Source: Callorhinchus milii (taxonomy: Eukaryota). Taken from it: a stretch of DNA of 64,000 bases. The stretch is from positions 126,916,001 to 126,980,000 of the forward strand of contig NW_024704742.1 in assembly GCF_018977255.1 (NCBI RefSeq), given 5' to 3'. Shown here piece by piece: positions 12,312 to 26,363 of the stretch (positions are counted from its first letter, which is position 1; every line of letters starts with the position of its first letter). Position numbers and translations under genes: made by a program. The notes under the pieces are model-generated. The model had not been told where the DNA came from. It saw only the letters and a program-made list of their open reading frames with translations, and did no database searches.

Positions 12312-12900
12312 TAAGCAGAAACTCCTTGCAGCTAAACTGGCTCCAAGGTGACATGTTTGGCAACAATGTCAGATTAGGGCCCACCCTCTGTGATGGTCTC
12401 AGTGGTCCAGTTCCTGAGCCAGGCAGGTCGGTAGTATTCCAGGGCATGGCTGGTGACAGCACAGCCAGTCTGGCTCATCGGCAGACCTTGCAATGGCAGA
12501 CCAGTTGCTGGGGGCAGGAACTCTTCCCATTCAGCTCCTGTTATCCCTGCAAGCCAAAGCTCTAAGGGGTTGGGTGGTGGTCCTAGCTGGACAAGCAGCG
12601 GGAAAGTATGCCAGACTGTGCTATTGATGGCAAGCTCAGCGGTTTTAGCTGGTTAGACTCCAGCAGTACCCCAATACACACACTGGGTTCCCAAGCCTTA
12701 GCTCTTGCCAACCTGCACCAAATACTTTCTGGAATTAGGTAAACAGATGCATCCATCCAGAGAGAGAGTACACATTCCACTCCAACAATCTATCTCTGGA
12801 ATTTCCATGTGTAGGTGGGATGCATGGAATTCTCAGTTTGGTTTGGATACTCTTAAGCACGGGGATAGATTTCTGCATGTGTCAAGGCACCTGACTGACC
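12312..12900. repeat. Unclassified ~600-bp interspersed repeat, copy 1
   Basis: Its reverse complement aligns by eye with 55230-55700 and with 49890-50615. Confidence 0.85.
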
Positions 12901-14602
12901 AAAACAAATATTCCAATCCTCTGTGTCATCCTTTCAGCCTTCCACAACCTTAAAAAGGTTACTATTGGCCTAAATAAATGTTTGCCTCTCTTGTACTGTT
13001 GTTATTCATGTTGCATTTATTAAAATGTTTGCAAGGTACATGCACTGGAATCTATCCACAGCAGTCAAATGATCAGATACATATTATAGAGATCTCAAGA
13101 AGCTGTAAAATGGTCAATTTGGGGGACAGTACAACAATCATTTGTAGTAGAGAGAATTATGCTAATTTGATGCAATAACATTGGTATACCTAATTCATCA
13201 TGTGATTTGAAATCAGAAGTCTTCTTGCACAGAGGGATATCATTATCAAAACAATGGCAAACTTAAAATACTTATTTGGGGGCATTTCTATGTATGTAAA
13301 AAGTAAGGCAACTTTAGCAGTCTGGCCTTTAGGCTATCAATTGCATGTTGATATTTCAGCAATCGATTTATATCCTTGTAAACATTTTAGCTGTGACTAT
13401 TTCAAATTCAGTTTTTAAAAAATCAACACTGAATTAATTTAAGGTCTGGGGTGCGTTTAAAATTTATACAATTAATCTGGTATCGGTTTGCTGGTCAAGG
13501 AGTTGAATATTTTTGCAAAAATTTGAGTATTTTTGTCACAATTTCATAGCTTTCACCACTGTGAAAGCAATGAGATGAAACACTCTTTAAAGTTTTTCTT
13601 CTGTAACTCATGCAAATCAATCATTTCTCAATGTGCCAAAATCCGACAAGAACAATTTGTAATTCCGTTTCTCTTTATTGTATCATGATAGATTCAATAC
13701 AAAACAATAATTAGCTTGGAGAATATCAGCAACAGATTTTTCATCTATCAAGTTCCAAGACAATTCTCAGCCATGTATTATTTATGATCGAGGATCCTAC
13801 TCAGGTCTTTTATTCAAAGGAATGATTATATGGATAAAAAAGTGGCTTTTGTTAAAATTTGTTGCCAAACAATGCATCTTGGTTTCCTAAATTAAAATAA
13901 GCTGCTACAAGTATTGCAATTCAACTAACAGACCACATGTGTAGGTATTTTTGCGACATAAGGAAATTTAATGCGTATGGTACATATAAAAACATAAATA
14001 ATCCAAGTTTTGACAGATCGAATATTTTACTGGGAATGAAATGTAATTCTTATTTCAGAAAGTAATTAGGAGTTGAAATTATTTAATCAAGGAAATAATA
14101 CTATGGGGGGAAAGCACTTTGGGACTTTTTAATTAACGCAAATTGATGCAAAGTAAACTACCAAATGATGCATACAATAGATCAATGAGCAAAAAATACA
14201 GGACTCAGCAATACCATCACCATACAAGGGTCACAGAGTGAGAGCAATGCAGAGGCACACAGGGTCACTTGAATCCTTATCTATCAGTTTGAGGAGGGCT
14301 GGAAAGGAATGGCAACATTACCAAAGGTTCAAATTCAAGTCATCTATCGCTCCTTTTTAACGGAAATCAAGGGGGTAAAATAATAAATATGCCACAAAAT
14401 ACGATTATATGAATAAAGTAATTTGAATTTCTTTCTTAGGTTATTTCTTTTGTAAAGATGCATCTGAGTGTGTAACTGATCCATGTAATCTCAAAAGATT
14501 ACAAATTCCATCATCAATCTACACTGAATTAGCTGTGTAGATCAACACTACACTCGACAATCTCTACTCAGCCGCAAAAGCAACAGGGGTGAGACAATTT
14601 GT

Positions 14603-14917
14603 GGAGTCCTGTAGCTCAGTAGTTAGAGCACTCGCTTTGTAAGCGAGCGACCTGAGTTCAATTCCAGGCAGAGGGCGAAACCTTGGGCAAGTTTACTTAC
14701 TCCACACAGAGCCTAATAATAATCCCTCCAAAAAACAATAATTAAATTGGTCATTTTCAATCTACGACTGTTTGTGGGACATTGCTGTGCGCAATTGGCT
14801 GCCGCGTTCGCCCACAGATATACAGTCAATTCACTTTACAGTATATTCTGTGAAGCGCTTTGGGATGTCTAGAAGACGTGAAAAGCGCTATATCAAATGC
14901 AAGGATTATTATTATTA
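14603..14917 (+). mobile_element. Full-length tRNA-derived SINE
   Basis: Same structure as 10750-11072. Confidence 0.9.
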
Positions 14918-15547
14918 ATTTTCTGTTTTTATTCTGTGGGCTCATGCCACAAAATGTACATGAGCCCATAGTGTGTGTTTGTGAGAGAGAAAGAGAGAGA
15001 GTTTTGTGAGAGAGCAATGAGAGAGACCGAGGGAGCGCAGTTAAACTCAGCTCAGTTTTGTGCGCGAGAGAGTGCGCATGAGAGCAAGAGTATTAGATAT
15101 ATCGAGAGTTATTGAGATCAGCTTTGATTAACCTCCAGTCAATCAGTTAAAGAATGACATCTTGGGCGAAGGGTTGCTAGTACTTTTATTTTATTTCTTT
15201 ATTTTGTCTACAAAATACACTGTCAATTCACTTTACAATATATTCTGTGAAGTGCTTTGAGACATCTCAAAGACATAAGGCGGTATATCAAATGCAAGGA
15301 TTATTATAATCATACCTCAGCAAGAATTAGTCTCATCGGGAGACAAGGAGAAAATCGGGTGGGGTGAAGGGGGTAAGAAGGAGCAATTTTGAAAGGGCAA
15401 AGAATGGTTAATTTTCAATCCTGGGCACTTATACAAAAGTATCTTAGATTACATAATACATTTCAGTATTATAATACCTTGGATCAGCCAGAAGTGTATA
15501 ATTTATTACAAAATCAAAAGTATATTTCTGAGTTATTGTTCCAGGAT

Positions 15548-15739
15548 CCCCCCTCCTCGCTCCCTCCCTTCCCTCCCCTCACCCTGACCATTTCCCCCCC
15601 TCCTCGCTCCCTCCCTTCCCTCCCCTCACCCTGACCATTTCCCCCCTGCTCGGGTCCTGACCCAACTGTCCAGCGCTTTGGGACGTCCTCCCGACGTGAA
15701 AGGCGCTCTATAAATGGAATCTTGTTGTTGTTGTTGTTG
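15548..15739 (+). mobile_element. Young L2 3' end
   Basis: C-rich 3' UTR, terminal stem-loop and (TTG)n. Confidence 0.85.
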
Positions 15740-16756
15740 TAGGATGGACAGAAATTGTTTTTTCATAATTTCAAAAGCATGTCTGGCTATTTTGCGGGAC
15801 GATGCTTAGAGATGTCTTGGCATAAGGTGCTATATCAAAAAATCATTATTAAAACTTGGAAGCAATGACATTAACCATCCTGCTTTCTTCATATCTTCGG
15901 ATCCTACTATTTGCCTTCCCTAAAGATGTTGAGCATTCATATGGATGTCTGGGAGGAAATTAGTTTCTCAGTCAATTACAAGCAAGTGCTTCTGTTGGAC
16001 AAAATACATGTTAAAGTCAGATCATCAATATCATTTTTTAAAAATAGAATTCAGGCTAGTCATACGTTTTGGAAAAGTATGAGCACAAGAACAGGCAGAG
16101 AGCATGCAAATTAAAATTAAATCTGCCCAATCCCATTCAGTCTCCTGAGATAACTGACGACAACAACAACTTGCATTTATATAGCACCCGTCACACGGGA
16201 TCGCATCCCAGAACTACCCAACCACACAAGTAACATTCTGAACGATAAACCTCTGAAATTTTTCCACTCTCAAATGTAATCAAATGAAAACTCCAGGATA
16301 TTAATCCAGTCTTACAAGCCAGCATGTTCAATTCAGACCTGCTGCCTTTCACAGATGGCTCATCTATTATCCAGGCAGCACAGGAACCATTATGTTCCAT
16401 CGTCCTTTTTATCACCTAAGACTATCACCATCTTGAGACAACTGCTCAAAACTTGGCAAGGTACAAAAGACCTTCTGCTTTCTCTCACAGTAGTTGGAAC
16501 AGCAATGCAAACAACTGAGAGAATTGTAGGAGAGAAAAACAGAGAGCCACATTAATGAGCAAGAAGAGATGTATATGGAAAAAGCAGAAAGATTTTGTAA
16601 TGTTTGTAAATCCAAAACACAGTTTGGATTCACTAGTTCCTTTATTTAAACCTTACACTTCCACAATCTGCCCAGTCACTTTCCCAGAATCCTTTTACAC
16701 TTGCTTGCTTCTTATTGTCAATGTCCAATTACCAATTAAGTAATTAAAGCAATATA

Positions 16757-17430
16757 CAACAACAACAACAACAAGTTTCCATTTATAAAGTGCCTTTCAC
16801 GTCAGGAGGACGTCCCAAGGCGCTGCACAGTTGGGTCAGGACCCGAGCAGGGGGAAATGGTCAGGGTGAGGGGAGGGAAGGGAGGGAGCGAGGAGGGGGA
16901 AGAGAGTCGAGAGGGGAGCTGAAGGCACGGTCAAAGAGAAAGGTTTTGAGACCGGCCTTGAAGGAGGAAAGGGAGGAAGCAGCGAAGGCACTGGGGGATG
17001 GAGTTCCAGAGTCTCGGGGCTGAGAGGCTGAAGGCCCAACCACCGATGGTAGGGCGGTTGGGCGGGGGAGTGGAGCAGACCGGAGCCAGAGGAACGGAGG
17101 GTACGGGCAGGTAGGTAGGGGGATAGTAGGTCAGAGAGGTAGGAGGGAGCAAGGCCGTGAATGGCCTTATAGGTGAGGATGAGGATCTTGAAATCAATCC
17201 TCTGGGGGATGGGAGCCAGTGGAGGCGAGCGAGGGTGGGAGTGATGTGGTCGCGAAGCCTGGTGCGGGACAGTACACGAGCTGCAGAGTTCTGAATGACC
17301 TGCAGCTTGTGGAGGGAGGTGGCGGGAAGGCCGGCGAGGAGAGAGTTCCCATAGTCCAGCCTTGAGGTGACAAAGGCATGGACCAGGGTTTCAGCAGCGT
17401 GAGGGGTGAGGTAGTGCCGTAGTCTGGCGA
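16757..17430 (-). mobile_element. Young 5'-truncated L2
   Basis: ARLRHYLTPHAAETLVHAFVTSRLDYGNSLLAGLP...RLHWLP; frameshifted. Confidence 0.92.
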
Positions 17431-19258
17431 ACAGATTTGTAAGGCAAAAAGTGAAACCCAGTTTGTGACACTTAGGCTCTCCAACTGCACAAGGAAAACA
17501 TTGCAATGGAGAAGGTGCAGCACAAACTGATTTTCATAATACCAGGTTAGAGAAAATATACTTATGAATGGAGGATTGCTATATTGAGGCTTTTTTCACT
17601 TGAGAAGAAGAGATTGATAGGATATAGTAGTTGTTAAAGCTCTGAGGGATCATTAAAAAGGTGAACAGGGAACATTTATTTTCTTTAGTTAGAGAACCAG
17701 TAACAACTCTGACATGATGCCAACTGCTAAGTCAGCACGAAGTAGCACAAGACAATCGGTTCCTGAGCTGAAATAAAAATAGCTCATTTCCAGGTCATCG
17801 GTTCACCGCCAATATCATTTCCTGTTTGCTGTTGATGCACAAAGCAGGAGTGATGTCAATGACCTGGAAATCAGCCTTTTTTAAAAAAATGCACGAAAGC
17901 TAAAATGGCAAACCTCTGGGTCATTAGGTCACTGCTAATGTTACACCCTGCTTTGCGAATGAGCATCAACCTGGATCAATCTAATGGTCAACCTAATGAT
18001 CCAGAAATCTGTCTTTTTAGCAAGAAAAGCCAGATGGCGCATAGGAAGTAAGCAGGCTGGCTGCACAAACGTGCCTTTTCAGTTACTGTTTTGAAAAGAG
18101 AAGGGTGTCTCTCCTGGTGTCCTGGCTGACAACCTCACAAATAAACATTGGTCACTAACATCGTTGGCTGTTGTGGAAAACTGCTGTGTACAAAACTGAC
18201 TGCAAACTCACCTACAAATACACAGGTAAGACACTTCATAGGAAAATCAGATGTCTCAATGAAGTATATCAAATATATAAGTACATCAAATGTCAAACCA
18301 TATCAACTGCAAGGATTTTATAAAATGACAGCTGGGTTAGGTGAACATATAGCATTTGCAAGCTCAGTTTAATGGTCCAATTTTAAGACATTTCAAGGCT
18401 GGACAGTACATTAGAGATGAACAATAGATCGTCAAATAATCAGACTAGCTGGGGATTTTTTTCAAGAAAAATATAATAGAATGTCTGACCCAATTCAACA
18501 ATGGACCCAATAATCTAAGTCACTTGTAGGCCCCTTCAGTTTGAACCAAATTATTTTGAATATATCTAACAGATGCCAAATGTACAGTAAAAAAAACTCC
18601 ACTGTATGTCAACAAAAGGAAACTGGTCTAAAAAGAATTATTGCTCCACCTCCTAATCTAACTAAATAAAGATTATTGCACTCTTGCATGCATTGTAGTG
18701 ATCCAAAGATCAATTTACCTGGTGCCACGTTAATGAATGCATAATTAAAATTCAAATAATGAAATGCTGCAACTTGGAATGCTGAGCTTCTATTCCTCAA
18801 AGGACTAGATTTGTATTCCTGCACCAAACTTAAAAATAGAACTGGGCTGTAGTTTATTGGAACCAGTGAAAATTATATAAAAATGTGTGGGTTTTTCCTG
18901 AGCTGCAGAAGTCATTTATTACCCAAGCGGCCAAATAAAGTCAAGAATAACTATAATTATTCAGGTGCAACAGACTGCAACGGTTCTGAACAATTAACTA
19001 AACACGTCTGTGCATGATAAATGGTTGTTCCCTTACTGCTAGAAGATTTTGTTTCAGCAGTTTAATTGATGAGCACCAGAGCAAGCAGGTAAGTTATGAC
19101 ACTCTTTTGTAAGAGTCGAAGAACGCATGAAATTTTCTGACACTGAGATATTGTGCTTATTTTCTATGGACCCAGGTTCACGTCAAATCATTAAGCAAGT
19201 CTTTAAATTCGACTTGTTAAGGCATTGCTCAAAAACTTAAATTTCAGATTGTCGCACA

Positions 19259-19275
19259 TGCCACTAGATGGTGAA
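19259..19275 (+). promoter_or_regulatory. Candidate CTCF motif
   Basis: TGCCACTAGATGGTGA resembles the CCACYAGRKGGCR core. Motif match only. Confidence 0.4.
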
Positions 19276-19340
19276 CTTCGTAGCAGCAGAATCTCATCGA
19301 AAAGAAGAATGATGAATATCCTCAGTCGGCCAATGTGAGT

Positions 19341-21020
19341 AACATAACATAACTTAACATGTAGGAGCAGGAGTAGGCCATTCGGCCCTTCGAGCCTGCC
19401 CCGCCATTCAATCATGGCTGATCTTCTAATCTAACTCCAGCTAATAACCTGACCCTGCCTTATCCCCATATCCCTTAATCCCTTTTGCAATAAGAAATCT
19501 ATCTATCTCAGTCTTGAATATGTTCAAGGACTGAGCGTCAACAGCCCTCTGGGGTAGTGAGTTCCAAAAATTCACCATCCTTTGAATGAAGAAGTTCTTC
19601 CTCAACTCAGTGCGAAAGGGCTGATCTCTGATTTTAAGGTTGTGACCCCTGGTTTTAGTTTCTCCAACCAGGGGAAACAATCTCCCACTATCTACTCTAT
19701 CATGCCCTTTGATGATCTTATAGGTTTCTATAAGATCCCCTCTAATTCTTCTATATTCTAGAGAATATAGGCCCAAATTGGTCAGCCTATCCTCGTAACT
19801 CATCCCCTTCATCCCTGGCACTAACCTAGTAAATCTACGCTGCACCCCCTCCAAGGCAAGTACGTCCTTCCTTAAATGAGGAGACCAAAACTGGACACAG
19901 TATTCCAGGTGTGGTCTCACCAGGGCCCTATACAGTTGCAGCAAGACTTCCCTACTCTTATACTCTAATCCTTTCATAATGAATGCTAACATACCGTTCG
20001 CCTTCCTAATTGCTGCTGCACCTGCAGACTAACTTTCTGTGATTGGTGTACAAGGACACCCAAGTCCCTCTGGACACTAACACATTCCAATCTCTCCCCT
20101 TCTAAAAAATAACCCCTCTACTGTTTTTGCTACCTAGGTGGATGACTTCGCACTTCCCTACATTATACTTCATCTACCACCTACCTGCCCAATCACCTAT
20201 GTCTCGCTGCATTTTATTTAATATCGTCCTCTGTGTTGGCACTTCCTCCTAGTTTTGTGTCATCCGCGAATTTAGATATATTAGCTTTGATGTCCTCATC
20301 TAGATCATTGATGTAGATGGTAAATAGCTGAGGCCCAAGGACTGATCCTTGTGGCACTCCACTAGTCACATCCCGCCAATCTGAAAAGGACCCGTTTATC
20401 CCTACTCTTTGTTTCCTACCCGTTAACCATTTCCCAATCGACGTTAATATGCTCCCCCCAATTCCATGGGCCCTTATCTTTTGGACTAACCTTTTATGCG
20501 GCACCTTATCGAATGCCTTCTGGAAGTCCAAATAGACCACATCCACTGATTCACCCTTATCTAGTTTACTGGAAATGTCCTCAAAAAACTCTATGAGATT
20601 TGTCAAACATGACTTCCCTTTTGTAAAGCCATGTTGACTTGGCCTAATTATATTGTGCTCTTCTAAATACTGCACTACCACATCCTTAATCAACGATTCT
20701 AAAATTTTTCCTATCACTGATGTGAGACTAACTGGCCTATAGTTCCCCATCTTTTCCTTTCCACCTTTTTTAAATAGTGGTGTGACATTTGCGATCTTCC
20801 AATCCATGGGGACTGTTCCAGAATCCAAGGAATTTTGGAAGATCAGACATAAGGCCTCCACTATCTCATAAGCTACCTCTTTTAAAACCCTGGGATGCAA
20901 GCCATCTGGACCAGGGGATTTGTCACTTTTTAGTGCTAACAGTTTCCCTAGCACCAATTCTCTACTAATGAAAATTTCCCTATGTTGCTCCCTGTCCTTA
21001 TCCCTTCGGTGCATCTCTAT
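19341..21020 (-). mobile_element. 5'-truncated CR1 LINE (ORF2 RT domain, frameshifted)
   Basis: KSPGPDGLHPRVLKE, YLDFQKAFDKVPH, GVPQGSVLGP, FADD, VRPHLEYCVQFWSP; (TTATG)n-like tail. Confidence 0.95.
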
Positions 21021-21217
21021 TGTGAGTAGTTCATATTGAAGTGCAAGTAAGGTGGTTCAAGTTGCTACACACATTGCAAACTTTGGTTTACTCCGAAATT
21101 TGGATTGCCACTGTGAATACACACAAATATATATGCAGATCATTGTTAAACAACAATAACATCTTGCAGGAATACAGCACCCTTCACACATGATAGTGTT
21201 TAAAGGAGGCTGAGATT

Positions 21218-21535
21218 ATAATAATAATAATAATCCTTGCATTTAATATAGCGCTTTTCACGTCGGGAGGACGTCCCAAAGCACTTCGCAGAACACACTG
21301 TAAAGTGAATTGACTGTATATTTGTGGGCGAACGCGGCAGCCAATTGCACACAGCAATGTCCCACAAACAGTCGTAGATTGAAAATGACCAATTTATTAT
21401 TGTTTTTAGTTTTGGAGGGATTATTATTAGGCGTGTGGAGTAAGGAAACTTGCCCAAGGTTTCGACTTGCCTGGAATTGAACTCAGGTCTCTCACTTGCA
21501 AAGCGAGTGCTCTAACCACTGAGCTACAGGACTCC
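21218..21535 (-). mobile_element. Full-length tRNA-Ala SINE
   Basis: Reverse complement of the consensus seen at 10750. Confidence 0.9.
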
Positions 21536-21599
21536 ACGATTCTGGATAGGCTCAGGGTCTTAAGCACAAGATTCCACCTAGGACATATAAACTGTATTC

Positions 21600-22905
21600 C
21601 AGGATACTTAGGGAGACAAGGCAGAAGAAGATGGGTGACCAAACTAAACCTGGCAACTATAGACCCATTAGCCTGACCTCAATCATAGCACAAATTATAG
21701 AATCAGTCAGAAAGTGGAAGATTACCTACATAGAAATAATCTAACAATTGACAACCAACATGGATTCAGAAATAATAATAATCCTTGCGTTTGATATAGC
21801 GCTTTTCATGTCTTCTAGCCATCTCAAACTGCTTCACAGAATATGCTGTGAAGTGAATTGACTGTATATTTTGTGGGCGAAATGCAGCAGCCAATTGCAT
21901 ACAGCAGTGTCCCACAAACAGTCGTGGATTGAAAATGACCAATTTATTATTGTTACTTTTTGTTTTGGAGGGATTATTATTAGGCATGTGGAGTAAGGAA
22001 ACTTGCCCAAGGTTTTGGCCTGCCTGGAATTGAACTCAGGTGTCTCGTTTGCAAGGCGAGTGCTCTAACCACTGAGCTACACGACTCCACAATGGTATGT
22101 CTTGTGTAACCAATCTAATTTTTTTCAAGCGGTGACAGTCCAGATTGACTATGGGAAACCATATGATCTTGTATATCTCGACTTCCAAAAAGCATTCAAT
22201 AAAATGCCTCATGAAAGACACCTTCACAAACCAAGCTTCAGAGGATATACTGTAGAGTGGATTGACTGTATTTTGTGGGCGAAACACAGCAGTCAGCAAT
22301 GTCCCACAAACATCCATGGAGTGAGTGACCAATTATTTTTAATTTTTATGGATTTATTGGCCAGGAAAGGAAGAAACTCCCTTCTCTTTTTACATAGTGC
22401 CATGGGATCTTTAACATCCACCTGAACAGACAGATGGGGCCACGGTTTAACATCTCATCCAAAGGACGGAATAATGAAGGCAACAGGATGTTGGGTTTTA
22501 TTGTTAAATCAGTTGAGTTTAGATTTCCCAGATGTCATACTCAGGGTGTGATGTCCTCTGGTCAGACTGCACCTTGAATAGTGCACATAGTTCTGGTCTC
22601 TGAGACATAAAGAAGCAGCCTAGACCCTAGAGGCATTGCAGAGGAGAGCAACAAGAATGATTCCCCGGTGTTTGAGCAATCAGATAAGCAATAATTAGAC
22701 AAGCTCAGGTTCTTTAATCTTGAGAGAAGACGACTCGGAGGGGACCTCGTAGAGGGATTGAAAAAGTAAACCCAGATCAATACTTCAAGATATATCAAAA
22801 CACTAAAACAAGAAGGCATTGATTTAGGGTTGCAAAGAGCAATTTGAGAACAGACACCAGGACGTTTTTCTTTACATAGAGGATAATCAACAACTGGCAC
22901 AGTTG
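21600..22905 (+). mobile_element. Old CR1 RT relic fragmented by SINE and DeuSINE insertions
   Basis: PGNYRPISLTS at about 21650, YDLVYLDFQKAFNKMPH at about 22160, and a decayed 3' region at 22470-22905. Confidence 0.75.
21771..22088 (-). mobile_element. Full-length tRNA-Ala SINE inserted in CR1
   Basis: Complete head, body and tail; interrupts the CR1 QHGF motif. Confidence 0.9.
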
Positions 22906-23418
22906 TTCCACTTGAAAAGAACTATATCAAATGCAAGGATTATTATATTGTTTATTATTTTATAAACATTACACCCAAACTCAAACTCTTCTCACAGATG
23001 TCCACACTCACCTATTTTACAGCACAACTCAGCTGAAAGCAGTCAACATAACAACGCCTTGCATTTAATTACTGCCTTTCTCACAAGGTAGCATCTCACT
23101 GGAGTGCTGCACAAGATACCATGGAGAACGTTATCTAAATGCACTGAGACCAAAAGGCTCAATAATATTTTGAGAAAAAGCATATTAAGGATTTGTGTCT
23201 CGGATCTGTGAAAATAAATTGTATTATTCCTTATCAAAATCAAATGAAAATTTTAATAGATATGCAAAGGTCTTTTGTTTTCATATTCAGGGACATCTGT
23301 CCCAAATAGTACCAAATTCAGCAAACTCAATACAGACGAGGGCTTTCTGCTCAGTAGAGTTAAGTTCAAGATAAAACAGGGAATTTACTAACTCAGCCAC
23401 TGGATTAATGATTTCTAT

Positions 23419-23748
23419 AGTCCTGTAGCTCAGTGGTTAGAGCACTCACCTCTCAAGCAAGAGAACTAGGATCGATACCCGGCAGGGTAAAACCTTGGGC
23501 AAGTAGTTTCCTTACTCCACATGCCTAATAATAATCCCTCAAGGAAAAAAACAATAAATTGGTCACAACTGTTTGTGGGGACGCTGCTGTGCGCAATTGG
23601 CTGCCGTGTTTCTCCCACAAGTATATAGTCAATTCACTTTACAGTATATTCTGTGAAGCGCTTTCAGACATCTTGAAGACGTGAAAAGCGCTATATCAAA
23701 TGCAAGGATTATTATTATTATTGTTATTATTATTATTATTATTATTAT
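23419..23748 (+). mobile_element. Full-length tRNA-derived SINE with long (ATT)n tail
   Basis: A and B boxes and consensus body. Confidence 0.9.
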
Positions 23749-26057
23749 GCACACAATGTTACAAAGTTTTAAGCAGGCCCAAGTAAATTGTTTGGGATAC
23801 ATTACACTGTCCCATCACCTGATCCTCTTTTCCCAGGTGTGAACAGTTTTCTCTTTAGTTGTTTTCAAACGGAATGCTTATTCCGTTTTCAACATGACAA
23901 CCTGACAGGTAATATGTATTCTGCTTATAGCAATCATATCTTTTTTTGGTGAGGCGAAAGCGCTTGGAGAATTTGCATAAACAAAAACAAACGCAAGAAT
24001 CCTATCACTACAGATCAAAATCAAGAAGGGGTAAGGGTGACAAAATTGGTATACAGAGTACTTCATTAATTCTCTATGTGCACGGGTAATTTTCCCAAAG
24101 TAGAAATACTTTGGGGAGGAGGTCGAACCTATCCAATTAGGAAAGAATAAAAAAAACGACTCTACAAAACTGGCATAGAGTCAAAACAGAAAGTGTAAAA
24201 TTTCCTCCACCTAGTTTATATTTAAGACAGTTTGATCAAAACTAGCCAAAACTGCAGGTAGAATGTTAAGCTCTTGCTGAATGTTAAATTGTTTTAATGG
24301 AAAATATTTCCTTGGTTAATTACCAAAAGTGAATATACATTCATTTAATATGAGACATCTAGAAAATGTAACAACGCGCTATTTCAAATGCAAGGATTAT
24401 TATTGATCATTTGGATGTTCTTTTCTAGTTTTGTCTTCATAGGACACCGTTCCCATGGCTTTCTACATTTTCATTTAATCTAAAAATATCAGAGCCTTGC
24501 GCACTTCCACATCTGTATTCCATCCTGGATTTTTGTGAAACAGAGTTGAATTGATGGAACAATAATCTTTTGAGCAAAATGAAATTCAGAGGTTACTCGA
24601 GATAGGAACTGGAGATAAGGCACAAATACTGCTCTGTCCTGATGCCCTATCAGTCAAGGTTGGTTGGTTACCAAAGGATGCAATTTACTGATACTTGATA
24701 CTTGTGAACAAGACCAAAATCATGTTGCAAATGTGAAGCAAGAACTCACACAGTACAATAGCTTCAAGGAGAGGTAGAGGGGTGAAATACGAAAAATACG
24801 AGTCTATGTATGACTTTGTTCAGCTCCCATGTAAGGATGAAAAACACGGGGACTGTATTTCATGATGTGGATAGTTTATTTTTTCAAACTGCTGACATAA
24901 GTGTCATGTAAACTGTTTGAAATACTTGCCATTTAGTTTTACATAAATCGAATAAATATGTGGCCCCCATTGATTTCTTCTTAAAAAAACTTGAAAGTGT
25001 AATTGAATCCCAGGGTGTAAATCTGTCCTTTATGACACTGTTATCTGGGGTTTGCAGTGGATGTACCCAGAAAACAGCTCAGCAATAAAGGTAGTAAATA
25101 CATCTTGATAATAATTTAAATAAACCAAATTGTTTCGTAACAAAATTGGAGAATTTTCCATAAAAGTCACACAATTTCGCCCACAAAATATACAGTCAAT
25201 TCACTTTACAGTATATTCTGTGAAGCTCTTTGAGGCATCTCAAAGACATGATAGGGCACTATATCAAATGCAAGGATTATTATTATTATTATTATTTTTC
25301 CCAGAGGAGGAATTTTCCACCTGTACTCAAAAAAAATCACATTTTTAAAATAATCTGGTATCAAGCAAGTGCAGCACCACCACTACCAACGTAATTTGTT
25401 ATCCACAATATCAACTTACAAGGGAATGTTAAGATATTTACAGCACACAGGACCAAAAGCAATGATGTGTGAAAAAAAATTAACAAGTGCTAAAGAAGAT
25501 GTAATGATTGTACAAGATTCACACAAGTAATTTGTAAGGATGACATATCTGAATGAACACTATATGAGCTAGTCACTGTGCTCTGAGGACTTGCTTGGCA
25601 AGTGATAACTTATTTAATGAATTGCCTTGCATATCCACAGGTATCTTGCATTACATAGATAACAAATTACATTGGTAGTGGTGGTGCTGCACTATATCAT
25701 TGCTTTACAGGCCACAAGTGCCATCTAATCTGCAGAGACCACCATTAACAGTTTTGACATCTTCCTTCTATTTAATAACTGAAGCTGGATTTTTAAATTT
25801 ATTACAGAAATATTTACTGGAGCAATTATTTTCTAAAAATACAGTACTTTGTAGTATTTTCATACAAAGACGAACTTCAAGCACCAGAGACCTTTTAATC
25901 TGAGTTTGTATGTTGAATGTCACTTGACAGCCGACATAGGAAATACATCCATTATTTTTTTACTGCCATTATATTGAAAGATCTTCCACGAATAGTTGGA
26001 ACTTGTGCTTATATAAGTACTGTACATCTTTTGCTATGAATAACAGCTGGGAGTGCA

Positions 26058-26363
26058 GAGTCCTGTAGCTCAGTGGTTAGAGCACTCGCTTCGCAAGCAA
26101 GAGACCTGGGTTCGATTCCCGGCACGGTGAAACCTTGGGCAAGTTTCCTTACTCCACATGCCTGATAATAATCCCTCAAGAAAAAAAACACCATAATAAT
26201 TTGGTCACTCAATCCATGACTGTTTGTGGGACACTGCTGTGCGCAATTGGCTGTCGCTTTTCGCCCACAAATATACAGTCAATTCACTTTGCAGTGCATT
26301 CTGTGAAGCGCTTTGAGACGTCTAGAAGATGTGAAAAGCGCTATATCAAATGCAAGGATTATT
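26058..26363 (+). mobile_element. Full-length tRNA-Ala(CGC) SINE
   Basis: TAGCTCAGTGGTTAGAGC...TTCGCAA...GGTTCGATTCC head and consensus body. Confidence 0.9.
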
